From contig JAJZCR010000003.1 of assembly GCA_021851715.1 (NCBI GenBank), forward strand, positions 6,667-70,666: DNA of 64,000 nt, read 5' to 3'. The notes below the pieces were generated by a model. It was not told where the DNA came from, ran no database searches, and saw only the letters and a list, made by a program, of their open reading frames with translations. The position numbers and the translations under genes are program-made. Of the stretch, positions 52,237 through 62,219 are shown one piece after another; positions within the stretch are counted from its first letter, which is position 1, and every line of letters starts with the position of its first letter. Source of the stretch: Planctomycetota bacterium. Lineage in GTDB: Bacteria; Planctomycetota; Phycisphaerae; WQYP01.

Positions 52237-54111
52237 TCATTTTTCCACGGGTACGACAATGCCGCGGATGATCGTGCGCTGTGCCAGCAGAAAAATCATC
52301 AGGGTGGGAATGCTGGCGATCAGCACCGCGGCATAGATGGCGGCTGGAGTGGATTGCTGTTCAAACTGGTAAAGCCATACCGTGATGAGCCACATGTGTT
52401 GAGCGGGGCAGACAATTAAAGCCCCAAGAAAATTGGTGTAGGCACCCACAAACGTGCCCAGCGCGACCCATGCCAGGATAGGCTTGCTCAGGGCCAGCGT
52501 AATTTGAAAGAACATGCGCAGTTCCGAAGCGCCGTCAATGCGGGCGGCCTCGTAAAGCTCCCGGGGGAGGGAATCAAAGAATCCTTTGAGCAGAAAAATC
52601 ATGTAACCGTTGGCGATGGAGGGCAGTACCAAAGCACCGAAGGTATTGAGCAGGTGCAGGTGTCGCAGTATGATGAATACGGGAATCATGGTGACCATGG
52701 GTGGAAAAGCCATGGTGGCCATGAGCATCAGCAGCATTTTATAGGTACCCGGCAGGCGGAAGCGGGACATGGAGTAAGCGGCCAGCGGATTTACCAGCAG
52801 TGCGGCCAGGATGGCCAGCGCACAATAGATGAGAGTGTTGAGCATGGCTCGCCCATGGAAGATCATCTGATTGAAAACATTGACGTAGTTAAGCGTGGCA
52901 AAGTCCCAACGGAGTTTCAGGGAGTGTTGACACACGTACTGATACGTAATCTGGTCCATGGGAAGCTGCGCATCGGCAAATCTCGGGTAATGGGTGTGCT
53001 CGGTGGCGTTGAGCTTGGCGAGGTTGTGGTGGTAATGCCGGCGCAGCCACGCCCGCCAAACATACCCCGGACCGGTCAGACGATAAACGGATGGGTTTAA
53101 TGTGCGGAGGAATGCGGCATAATCCTGAGCCTGGCCCCCCCCGAACCAATGGCCGCGGGGTAGTGGAATCGCCCCAAACGATGGATAGTGGCCATGCCAA
53201 CTGATATTCAGGGCCGCGATATGGGTGTAGCGTCCGGCCAAAAAGCTTTGCCATGCGGCGGGGCTTTCTCCCTTGAGCAGCACAAATGATGGATTGAGAT
53301 CCCGGCGAACAAAAGTCAGCCAGTCTTGGCGGAGTAACGGATGATTCGCGGGGGGTACACGGTCGGGGAGTACAAACGTTATGAATGAACTCACATGATG
53401 CGCATGGGCACGATTATATCCGGCGACGCTGGAAAGACCATACTTCGGCTGAATCATGGTGGCGAGAAAATAGCCGGTGATAGAGGGGATGTAGCGCTCG
53501 GCCACAGGAGACCGGCGCAGCAGTTGAAAGTAAGCCGTCCAGATGGGATCGGGGTGATAGTTAAACCGCTGGGAGAGCCAGTTGGGAGGGGTTGGTGTGA
53601 TATCGGTCCAGGAACTGGTGGGAGCGCCGATGGCCCGGCCAAAGGCCCGCAAGTTACCGTGAAACTCTTGCGCCAGCCGCGTCCGCAATCGCCGCAGGTT
53701 GGGCGGCGTGGTATTAAAGCCGGAAATTCCGCCCAAGACCCACCAGTTATGGGAAACTTTTACATGTCGAAGAAAAGTCCGCAGATCGGAAATTCGACCG
53801 GGAATAAGCCGGGCGGGAACGCGGGCATCATTAAACGTGTAGGCATGCTGGTGGGTATTCTCATTAAGAATGCCAACGCTTTGATCGTATTTGGTTTCAA
53901 GAAATTTACGGTAAAGGCTTTTGTCGCTGGTAAAAAAAGATGGAATTAAGCCAAGGCTCGATGAATCCATTTCACTGCGCATGGAACCGGAAAGCATCAG
54001 CAGAAAGGGATAAATCATGCTGACGCCTCCGAGGGTTAATAACAGGATAATGCCCGTGTGCAGCAGTTTGCCGCGAAAGTTGCGTGTTTCAGCTCTGGAA
54101 ATAATGGGCAT
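52237..54111 (-). CDS. Carbohydrate ABC transporter permease (MalG-like) with very large periplasmic insertion
   Basis: TM1 YPFLLMLSGS, about 370 aa hydrophilic insert, then NTLIY...AAYSMSRF, EAA loop ELYEAARIDGAS. Confidence 0.9.
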   Translation of the reverse strand: MPIISRAETRNFRGKLLHTGIILLLTLGGVSMIYPFLLMLSGSMRSEMDSSSLGLIPSFFTSDKSLYRKFLETKYDQSVGILNENTHQHAYTFNDARVPARLIPGRISDLRTFLRHVKVSHNWWVLGGISGFNTTPPNLRRLRTRLAQEFHGNLRAFGRAIGAPTSSWTDITPTPPNWLSQRFNYHPDPIWTAYFQLLRRSPVAERYIPSITGYFLATMIQPKYGLSSVAGYNRAHAHHVSSFITFVLPDRVPPANHPLLRQDWLTFVRRDLNPSFVLLKGESPAAWQSFLAGRYTHIAALNISWHGHYPSFGAIPLPRGHWFGGGQAQDYAAFLRTLNPSVYRLTGPGYVWRAWLRRHYHHNLAKLNATEHTHYPRFADAQLPMDQITYQYVCQHSLKLRWDFATLNYVNVFNQMIFHGRAMLNTLIYCALAILAALLVNPLAAYSMSRFRLPGTYKMLLMLMATMAFPPMVTMIPVFIILRHLHLLNTFGALVLPSIANGYMIFLLKGFFDSLPRELYEAARIDGASELRMFFQITLALSKPILAWVALGTFVGAYTNFLGALIVCPAQHMWLITVWLYQFEQQSTPAAIYAAVLIASIPTLMIFLLAQRTIIRGIVVPVEK

Positions 54112-54129
54112 GGTTACTCCATAGTTGAA

Positions 54130-55125
54130 TCATCGACCGCCCTTGAATTCAGCCTTGGAAAGCATTTTGAGTTGGGTGGCGGTAAACCAGATTAGAATAA
54201 TGCCCAGCAGCCAGGCCATGGCCGTACCGACGCCGAACTGCAGTTTAAGGAAAGTGCGGAAGAAAATTTCCAGCGGAATAATAAGCGTGGCGTGATTCGG
54301 TCCACCTCCGGTTAAGGCCAGAATATAATCGGTGCCGCCTTGAAAAGCGGCGATGACCGCGGCGATAAATTGTATGACAATCAGATACTTCAATTGGGGT
54401 AACGTGATATAGAATATTTTATGCCAAATACGTGCTCCATCCATTTCCGCCGCTTCGTAGAGTTCGTCAGGGACCGTTTTCAGCGCTGCCAGGTACAAAA
54501 TGGAGCCCGCTCCGGAACCAGCCCAGATCGTGGGCAATACCACGCAGAGCATGGCCGCCCCCGGCGACTGTATCCATCCCAGCGGGGCCAGATGGAAGGG
54601 GCCGATCAGCCCTTTGAAAAGTGCCAGCCCTGCCATCGGGCCGCTCTCGCTGATACGGACGGCGATCGGTTGAAGCGTCACGGCCGTCAATGTGCCCGCC
54701 ACGACCCACAGAGCAGCTTTGAGGGGACGGCTCATTTCCTCAATTCGGATCGGCAGCATGATGAGAATCGCAATAAATGAAAGCCACAGGCCCAGGGCCA
54801 GCAGTTTTATGAGGGTGGCGGATATTGGGCCGCAAAGATTCAACATCAGTAGAAGGTGGTTCAGTACGCCATATTTGGATGGATCATAAAGTTGCCGCCA
54901 CAGGAACATAATCAACACGCCGCTGATAACCGAGGGCAGATAATAGACAGTGCGGAAAATATATTTGAGCGTAGCGGTGGGAACCTCCTGGAGTAAAATG
55001 GCCAGCAGAATGGGCGGCCAAAATCCCAGTCCGATGGTCAGGGCAACGAAATAAATGGTGCGCTCGAAGGAACTCCAGAATCGGGCATCGAAAAGCACCT
55101 TGGCAAAATTGTCTACACACGCCAA
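54130..55125 (-). CDS. Carbohydrate ABC transporter permease (MalF-like), N-terminally truncated
   Basis: DNFAKVL..RFWSSFERT, EAA loop ELYEAAEMDGA. Lacks TM1 and has only a TTG start overlapping the upstream stop. Confidence 0.8.
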   Translation of the reverse strand: MACVDNFAKVLFDARFWSSFERTIYFVALTIGLGFWPPILLAILLQEVPTATLKYIFRTVYYLPSVISGVLIMFLWRQLYDPSKYGVLNHLLLMLNLCGPISATLIKLLALGLWLSFIAILIMLPIRIEEMSRPLKAALWVVAGTLTAVTLQPIAVRISESGPMAGLALFKGLIGPFHLAPLGWIQSPGAAMLCVVLPTIWAGSGAGSILYLAALKTVPDELYEAAEMDGARIWHKIFYITLPQLKYLIVIQFIAAVIAAFQGGTDYILALTGGGPNHATLIIPLEIFFRTFLKLQFGVGTAMAWLLGIILIWFTATQLKMLSKAEFKGGR

Positions 55126-56684
55126 AGCTCAAACAAAAACAGGGCACCAATCACCAAAATGGTAATTATCGCAATGATTCTCCGCATTCGCATGACGTTA
55201 AGCGGTATGGCCCCCAGCAGTTGATAGTTAATGCGCTGCGATGCCTGCTTGAGCGACCGGCTGATGAGTGGAATCGCCCGGCTTCGTGGCTCGTTGCCCA
55301 GGTTGTGCTCCAAGGCGGAGTTGATGGGAGTGGACATGGGAAAATAAATATTCTGGGTGCTGTGTTGGTAAGGTTCCGGCACGCCGTTAGCCAGGGCGGT
55401 ATCAAAGGCTGTAGCCCATCCGGCGGGCACTTGCCGCAGCAGCCAGGTGTAGCCAAACTTTCGCAGCAGATCAGGATTTACGAATTGTCCGTATCCGGAC
55501 TGCACAAATGTTTGTACGCTTAGCCGCTGGGCCTGCGGACCGGTGATAAACCAGATATAGCGCATCACGCCGATTTGCTGTTGGGGCGTGGATTTGGCAA
55601 ACACGCCGAGCATGCTCGCGTTTAATTCACCGCTGCTGGTTCCGCCGGGAGGATGCGGTATCGGAGCAATACCCACGATCTGCGGATTCGTTGCCTGGAT
55701 TAATTCCTGTGACAGGGTGCCAAACATCATGGCAATATGGCCCTGGCTCCAAAGCCAGTACATATTGCCTGTACCGCTCACGCCGATGTAAGCCGTTCCG
55801 TGAATGGCCTGACCATCCGAGACGAAACGACCTTGGGCAAGTTTGCAAAAATAGTAAATGGCTTGGGCGGTTTGCGGCGAATCGTAAACGGAATGCCACC
55901 GGCCCAGAGAGTTTCGCGCAATGACGCGAGACCCATTGGAGGCCAGAAGTGGGAACATGCTGTAACTGATATTGCGCCCGCCGCCAAATGCGATGCCGTA
56001 TTGCCTCTGGGATGGAATGGTCAGCTTGCGGGCATCTTGAAGTAATTGATCCCATGTGCGCGGTGGCTTGCGCGGATTCAGACCCGCGGCCCGGAACAGA
56101 TCCTTGCGATACAGTAAGGCACTAACCAGGATGCTGGTGGGCATCGACCAGACGTGCTTTCTGTGGCTGTGGTCACCGTGGCGATAGATCACCGGCCAGG
56201 CGGCTTGGGGTACGCGCCGGCGCATAAGTTTCATGGCCTGGGCGATTTCGGCAGGGTTGGGGTTGGCCAACCACCGGCCTTGGGCGTTTACGTGCCGCTG
56301 CGCCGGGTTCTTGCTGAGCACTCGGGCCAACAGCACTTCCATGGGTGCTAAAAATCCATGTTCAATGTAGGTGGAAGACTGCCGGAAGTTCACGTAAATG
56401 GCATTCGGCGGCATGCCTGCTGCAATGGCCATCAGTGGGCCGGTATCCATGGACGATCCCTGGATGGTCGGCATGGCAAACGCTTTGATCTTGTATTGAG
56501 GATATTCTTTACGAAAGGCCCGCAGCACACGTCGTGCGGCCATGGAACCCACATCGGTACTGCCCGGATACGGCAAACCTGCGGCTACAAACTCGACGGG
56601 GGTAGAGGCGGCATTGGCTGGCAAGCCTTTCATCAGCAGTACGGCTAGAAACGCCAGGCAACTTGTGGTGCGCACTTTCACCAC
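55113..56684 (-). CDS. Sugar ABC transporter solute-binding protein ending in a TM helix
   Basis: Signal peptide (GTG start near 56684), SBP family 1 motifs (LLYRKDLFRAAGL, PRTWDQL), C-terminal hydrophobic helix IIAIITILVIGALFLF. Confidence 0.85.
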   Translation of the reverse strand: MVKVRTTSCLAFLAVLLMKGLPANAASTPVEFVAAGLPYPGSTDVGSMAARRVLRAFRKEYPQYKIKAFAMPTIQGSSMDTGPLMAIAAGMPPNAIYVNFRQSSTYIEHGFLAPMEVLLARVLSKNPAQRHVNAQGRWLANPNPAEIAQAMKLMRRRVPQAAWPVIYRHGDHSHRKHVWSMPTSILVSALLYRKDLFRAAGLNPRKPPRTWDQLLQDARKLTIPSQRQYGIAFGGGRNISYSMFPLLASNGSRVIARNSLGRWHSVYDSPQTAQAIYYFCKLAQGRFVSDGQAIHGTAYIGVSGTGNMYWLWSQGHIAMMFGTLSQELIQATNPQIVGIAPIPHPPGGTSSGELNASMLGVFAKSTPQQQIGVMRYIWFITGPQAQRLSVQTFVQSGYGQFVNPDLLRKFGYTWLLRQVPAGWATAFDTALANGVPEPYQHSTQNIYFPMSTPINSALEHNLGNEPRSRAIPLISRSLKQASQRINYQLLGAIPLNVMRMRRIIAIITILVIGALFLFELWRV

Positions 56685-57069
56685 GCCCCTTGGACCGCAA
56701 TGGCGGCGGATTCCAGGGCCGGCCCACGAACCACTGCGGCGATACCAGTTGATGCGGAGCATATTTTTGTCCTATCGCGGTTCATGCTCTTAAGTGCTTG
56801 GCGTATTTTAAACGCTCCTCCCGCGGGAGTCTTGCACGGAACAGCCGCTTTTATCGGTTCAAGAACCGGAATCTTGACCATATCATCGTCGTTTCGGCCA
56901 TGCTGCATCCCGGCCGTATCATATTTCAGGGTACAGTGTTTGGCCCGTAAGGGCCGGACGTCGCAGGTGAGCATTCGCACGATCCACAGCTAAGATCGTG
57001 GCTACCCCATGGTTGGCATTCAGCGGTATAATCCCACCGTTGGAATGAATCAGGAGTCACTATAGCCTC

Positions 57070-58596
57070 ATGCCATACGATACACTGCAAGAATTTCTCC
57101 AGGTGTTGGAGTCCCAGGGTGAACTGCGCCGCATTACCACTCCGGTGGATCCAGTATTGGAAGTTGCGGAAATAACCGATCGTGTGAGCAAATCACCGAC
57201 GCGTGATGGCCAGTATCCGGCTGCGGGCAAAGCTCCGTTTGCGGCACCCAACCCGCAGCATGGCACGGCGGCCGTGAATCAGGCCCTGCTCTTTGAACAT
57301 GTCAGCGGCAGTGATATTCCGCTGGCGATTAATACCTTTGGTTCTTTTCAGCGGGTGCATCAGGCTTTGGGATGCGAACATCTTGATGCACTGGCGGAGC
57401 GCATTGCAGAATTGGTGCAACCTGAAATGCCCACCCGGTTGATGGATAAGCTCAAAAAAGGGCTGGATCTGCTGAAAATTGGCAGTTACGCGCCGAAAAT
57501 TCGCACCGGCGCAGCCCTGTGTCAGCAGGTGGTCCTGACCGATGAGGCGGATTTGACCCGCCTGCCCATCATTCAATGCTGGCCCAAGGATGGTGGAAAA
57601 TATATCACGTTCGGACAGGTGGTCACGAAGCATCCGGAGACGGGAGCACGCAATTTGGGCATGTATCGTGTACAGGTGCTGGATAAAAAGCTGACCGCCA
57701 TGCACTGGCATAAACATCACGATGGCGCCAGGCATTTTCGGGCGTGGGCATCCTTAAACAAGCCGTGCCCGCTGGCCATTACACTGGGCGGCGAAAGCGT
57801 GCTGCCGTACGCGGCCACCGCTCCGCTGCCGGCGGGAGTGGATGAACATTTCTTTGCGGGATTTTTGATGGGGCGCGGACTGGACTTGGTGCCGTGCAAA
57901 ACCATTCCGCTGGAAGTGTCCGCCAATTGTGACATGGTGATTGAAGGCTTTGTGGATCCAGAGCAAACAGTGCTGGAAGGCCCCTTTGGTGATCACACCG
58001 GCTTTTATTCGCTGGCGGATCAATATCCCGTTTTCCGGGTGACCGCGATTACCCATCGGCGCAATCCTGTTTATCCGACGACCATTGTTGGCAAACCACC
58101 ACAGGAGGATTTTTATCTGGGCAAGGCGACGGAGCGCATATTCCTGCCGCTGCTTAAGTTGATGATCCCCGACATCATCGATTACGAACTGCCGATGTTC
58201 GGAGTCTTTCACAACTGTGCCTTTATCAAAATTCGCAAGGAATATCCGTACCATGCACGCAAGGTGATGCACGCGGTATGGGGGGCGGGCCAGATGGCCT
58301 GGACGAAAATGATTGTGGTGGTGGATGAACATGTGGATGTGCATAGTGTGGATGATGTGATGTTTCACGTGGCGGCGAATGTGGATCCGCGGCGTGACAC
58401 GGTTCTCGTGGATGGCCCGCTGGATATTCTGGATCACGCAGCTCCGGCGCTTGGCGCGGGTTCCAAACTCGGTATTGATGCCACCAAAAAATGGGTGGGG
58501 GAGGGACAGGTACGCGAGTGGCCGGAGGAACTGTTTATGGATGACGCTACCGTGGCCCGGGTGAACCAGCGCTGGAGGGAATATGGTTTCTCGTGA
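57070..58596 (+). CDS. ubiD: UbiD-family prFMN-dependent decarboxylase (quinone biosynthesis type)
   Basis: RNLGMYRVQ, EGPFGDHTGFYS, TIVGKPPQED, DHAAP..G.GSKLGIDAT. Confidence 0.92.
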   Translation: MPYDTLQEFLQVLESQGELRRITTPVDPVLEVAEITDRVSKSPTRDGQYPAAGKAPFAAPNPQHGTAAVNQALLFEHVSGSDIPLAINTFGSFQRVHQALGCEHLDALAERIAELVQPEMPTRLMDKLKKGLDLLKIGSYAPKIRTGAALCQQVVLTDEADLTRLPIIQCWPKDGGKYITFGQVVTKHPETGARNLGMYRVQVLDKKLTAMHWHKHHDGARHFRAWASLNKPCPLAITLGGESVLPYAATAPLPAGVDEHFFAGFLMGRGLDLVPCKTIPLEVSANCDMVIEGFVDPEQTVLEGPFGDHTGFYSLADQYPVFRVTAITHRRNPVYPTTIVGKPPQEDFYLGKATERIFLPLLKLMIPDIIDYELPMFGVFHNCAFIKIRKEYPYHARKVMHAVWGAGQMAWTKMIVVVDEHVDVHSVDDVMFHVAANVDPRRDTVLVDGPLDILDHAAPALGAGSKLGIDATKKWVGEGQVREWPEELFMDDATVARVNQRWREYGFS

Positions 58597-58639
58597 GCCA
58601 CCAGATCGGCCCGGCTCAGCTGCCGGCGGAGTGCCGACC

Positions 58640-60049
58640 ATGGTCGAGGAGTTGTTGGCCAAAATCCGTGCGGATTCGGAATGGCGATCCGTTCTGAAAG
58701 GGGAAGCGCATATCGGCCAGGCACCGGGACGGCTGGATGTCATGGGTGGAATCGCGGACTACACCGGTGCGCTGGTTTGCCAGATGCCGTTGGCCCTGTC
58801 CACGGCGGTGCTCGTGCAAAGGCGGACCGACCGTCTGGTGGTCATCAAAAGCTACAACGATCCTGTGGATTCGCGCGGTGGCCCGGCGAATTTTCGTATG
58901 AGTTTGGATGACTTTTATGGTTCCGGATCCCTGTTGGCGGATTCAGTCGTTCGCGCCAGATTTGCCGGAGATGATCACTGGTCGGCGTACGTGGCGGGAA
59001 TTTTTTGGGTGCTGGCGAAAGGCCGTCACCTCACCGGGCGGACCAAAGGGGCCAACATCTGCTGCTATTCCAATGTACCCATGGGGGTCGGGCTTTCCAG
59101 CAGCGCGGCGCTGGAAGTGGCGGCCATGAATGCCGTTGCTGGTGCTTACCATCTTGCTCTGGATACCCTGGAAACGGCGGTGCTGGCCCAAAAAGTGGAA
59201 AATCAAATTGCCCTGGCTCCCTGTGGCATTATGGATCAGGTAGCCAGTTCACTCGGCCGGCGGAAAAAACTCCTTTTGCTGAAGTGTCAGCCGCATACGG
59301 TGGCAGGCTATGAAGACTTGCCGGCTGGAACAACGGTGGTGGCCATCAGCAGTGGTGTGAAACATTCGATCGCAGGGAGTGCGTACAGGCGGGTGCGGGT
59401 GGCGGCTTTTATGGCCCACGCGATCATGGCTGCCATGGCGCGGGAATTGGGCCTGAAATCGGATCCGACCGGCGGTTATCTGGCCAATGTGCAGCCGGGC
59501 TTCTACCGGCGTTATTTGCGGCCCATCCTGCCACGCGAAATGTCCGGGCGGGATTTTCTCCGGTGCTACCGGCGTACCGCCGACACTGTGACGCAGATTG
59601 ATCCGGATGAAAAATATGCAATACGTGCTGCGGCAGAGCATCACATTATGGAAAACCAACGGGTCGAGAGGTTTGTCGCGGCGTTAAAGGCCGCAGCCCA
59701 GGATCGCAAAAAAAATCTTCGGCGAGCTGGACGGTTGATGCTTGCGGCCCACGCCAGTTACACCCATCGGGTGGCACTGGGTTGCAGGGAGACGGATTTT
59801 CTCGTGCGGGCCGTGGTCCGTAACGGGCCAAACAAGGGCTTTTATGGTGCTAAAGCCACCGGCGGTGGCGGCGGCGGAAGCATTGCCATCCTGATGGATG
59901 ATTCCCCGCAGAACCATGGCATCTTGGACGACATTGTGCAGGCCTGTAATCGAAAATTCTCCACTCAGGCGGTGGTTATCCGCGGTTCCGGTCCCGGCGC
60001 GTCGGAATTGGGCATATTGACGCTGGCTGATGGCAGGATCGTCGGCTAA
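58640..60049 (+). CDS. GHMP-family sugar kinase (galactokinase / L-arabinokinase-like)
   Basis: [43 protein letters not shown]. Confidence 0.88.
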   Translation: [469 protein letters not shown]

Positions 60050-60121
60050 TATCGCCAACCGCTCCGGTGCGGACCATTGACTGAACAGTCAAAATGCCCC
60101 CCAGGACAAAGGACAGTCTCC

Positions 60122-61714
60122 ATGATGAAAACCAGATTTGCTCCATCCCCTACCGGCTTTTTACATGTCGGCGGCGCGCGAACGGCTTTATTCAACTGGC
60201 TTTATGCCCGTCGCCTGGGCGGTAAGTTCATTTTACGCATTGAAGATACGGATCAGGTGCGCTCGACTGTGGAATCCGCAGCGGGAATTCTGCAGGATAT
60301 GCTGTGGCTGGGGTTGAATTGGGATGAAGGCCCACAGGTCGGGGGCGGTAAAAATGAATATTTTCAGAGCATGCGCCTGGCAACTTATGAAGAACATATC
60401 CAGAAGTTGTTAAAGGACGGCCGGGCTTATGAATGCTACGAAACGCCGGAACAACTCGCGGCCATGCGCGCCATCTTTGATAAAGCCAAGCGACCATTTC
60501 GCTATCGCCGGGCTATGCCGGGACGAGCTCCGCGGACGGATGGTCCAACGGTGATCCGTTTTGACATGCCCTACGAAGACATCACCATTCACGATGCCAT
60601 TCTCGGTCATGTGACAGTCCGGGCCGACGAGCATGATGATATTATTATTCGTAAATCCGACGGCTTTCCCACGTATCACTTTGCGGTGGTGGCGGATGAC
60701 CATGCGATGGGTGTTACCCATGTGTTGCGGGCGCAGGAACACCTGATGAACACGCCCAAGCACTTGGCGCTTTACCGGGCCTTGGGATGGGAGCCGCCAA
60801 CATATGCCCACACCCCGCTGGTATTCAACATGGATTCCACCAAAATGTCCAAACGTGACAAAACCAGGGCCGCCCGCGCCGGATTGCAGGCCTATGCGAA
60901 GCGGACGGCGGATGAGGGCTATTCCAAGTTGGCGGCTGTTGCCGGGGTTTCCCTTGAGCTGATACAGGCGTTTATGGCCAAAAAAGTGGACGATCCCGCG
61001 CTGGCAGCCACACTGGCCGGCGCTATTGGACTGGATCTGCCGGAAATTGATGTACAGGATTTTCGCCGGAGCGGCTACATGGCTGACGCATTGTTGAATT
61101 TTATTGCCCTTATCGGCTGGGCTCCGGGAGAAAATCGTGAAGTGCTTTCCCGCCAGGAAATGCTGAATTTATTTTCCGTTGAAACCATCGGCAAGACGAA
61201 TGGCCGCTTTGATCGCAAAAAGCTTACCTGGATGAACGGTGAATACATTCGTAAGGCGTCCATGGATGAACTTCTCGCCGCCCTGAAAAGTTTCATCGAG
61301 GTGACGGATTATCCATTGAAGGCAGCTTCCGATGCGGTATTGCGGGAACTATTGGCCATGTATAAGGACCGCATGGCCACGTTTGCGGAAATGGCGAGAA
61401 ACTGCGGCTTTTTCTTTCAGGATCCCGTTTACGATGAAAAGGCCATGAACAAGTTTGTCAACACTGACGAAGGTCGTACCTTTCTGCGGCAAATTTATCC
61501 GATTTTGGCCGCGGTGGAGGATTGGCGCAAAGAGACCTTGACTCCGTCCATGGAACAAATTTTGTCTTTAGGGGAAAAGAAGGGGGCTGCGGCTCAGGCC
61601 ATGCGCGTGGCGGTCAGCGGCGGAGCGGTCTCGCCGCCGCTGCTGGAAACCATCGCCTTGTTGGGTCGTGATAAAACACTTTTCCGCCTTAAGACTTTCA
61701 TCCCGTCCCATTGA
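60122..61714 (+). CDS. gltX: Glutamate--tRNA ligase
   Basis: TRFAPSPTGFLHVGGAR (HIGH motif), LRIEDTD, KMSKR. Confidence 0.96.
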   Translation: MMKTRFAPSPTGFLHVGGARTALFNWLYARRLGGKFILRIEDTDQVRSTVESAAGILQDMLWLGLNWDEGPQVGGGKNEYFQSMRLATYEEHIQKLLKDGRAYECYETPEQLAAMRAIFDKAKRPFRYRRAMPGRAPRTDGPTVIRFDMPYEDITIHDAILGHVTVRADEHDDIIIRKSDGFPTYHFAVVADDHAMGVTHVLRAQEHLMNTPKHLALYRALGWEPPTYAHTPLVFNMDSTKMSKRDKTRAARAGLQAYAKRTADEGYSKLAAVAGVSLELIQAFMAKKVDDPALAATLAGAIGLDLPEIDVQDFRRSGYMADALLNFIALIGWAPGENREVLSRQEMLNLFSVETIGKTNGRFDRKKLTWMNGEYIRKASMDELLAALKSFIEVTDYPLKAASDAVLRELLAMYKDRMATFAEMARNCGFFFQDPVYDEKAMNKFVNTDEGRTFLRQIYPILAAVEDWRKETLTPSMEQILSLGEKKGAAAQAMRVAVSGGAVSPPLLETIALLGRDKTLFRLKTFIPSH

Positions 61715-61862
61715 GCATTGTCCGGTAACGGATACGAAGGCCTCTTTTATCAGGCAGTTTTCCGCGCAATTTTCACAGGTTCGCCTAGACTTTAGGCAGA
61801 AACAAGCGAACTTAGCGGCTTGCTGTTGGGCTGGTGCAAGCCTGCATTGATTGTGCAGGCAG

Positions 61863-61878
61863 TGGCACAGTGTTTGCT
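61863..61878 (+). promoter_or_regulatory. Sigma54 (-24/-12) promoter upstream of amt
   Basis: TGGCAC-AGTGT-TTGCT matches the consensus TGGCAC-N5-TTGCW. A TGGTGCA NtrC-like half-site lies at about 61832. Fits nitrogen control of amt. Confidence 0.75.
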
Positions 61879-62219
61879 AATTCTATCTGGCGAGGTAGGC
61901 AGCGTTATGAAGGCTGTCAATCCGCGGCAAGATGTGATTGCCGGAGTGAATTTGCCAGGGTCACCGCGCAAGGACCCTGACCGTGAGTGGTGCGCGCAGA
62001 AAAGGAACAGGAGGTCAACATGATGAAATAGCTGCGTGGGTTGAGTCAGGGAGAGGAGAAAGGCAGGTGCGCATGCCGGGAACACCCGGATGTCACGATG
62101 GCCCAGCACAGTTACCTGCGTCGGTTTTTGAGGAAGTTGTACAGTGATCCACCATTTTTTTCCGCGTGTGCCGGAGAAGTGGATCGGCTTCCTGTGGTAC
62201 GCTTAATGGAGATACTTCG

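Noticed and set aside
62020-62120. glnK/PII pseudogene before amt
   Set aside because: No frame after ATGATGAAA resembles PII (MK.I.AIIRP/KP, TGxxGDGKIF).
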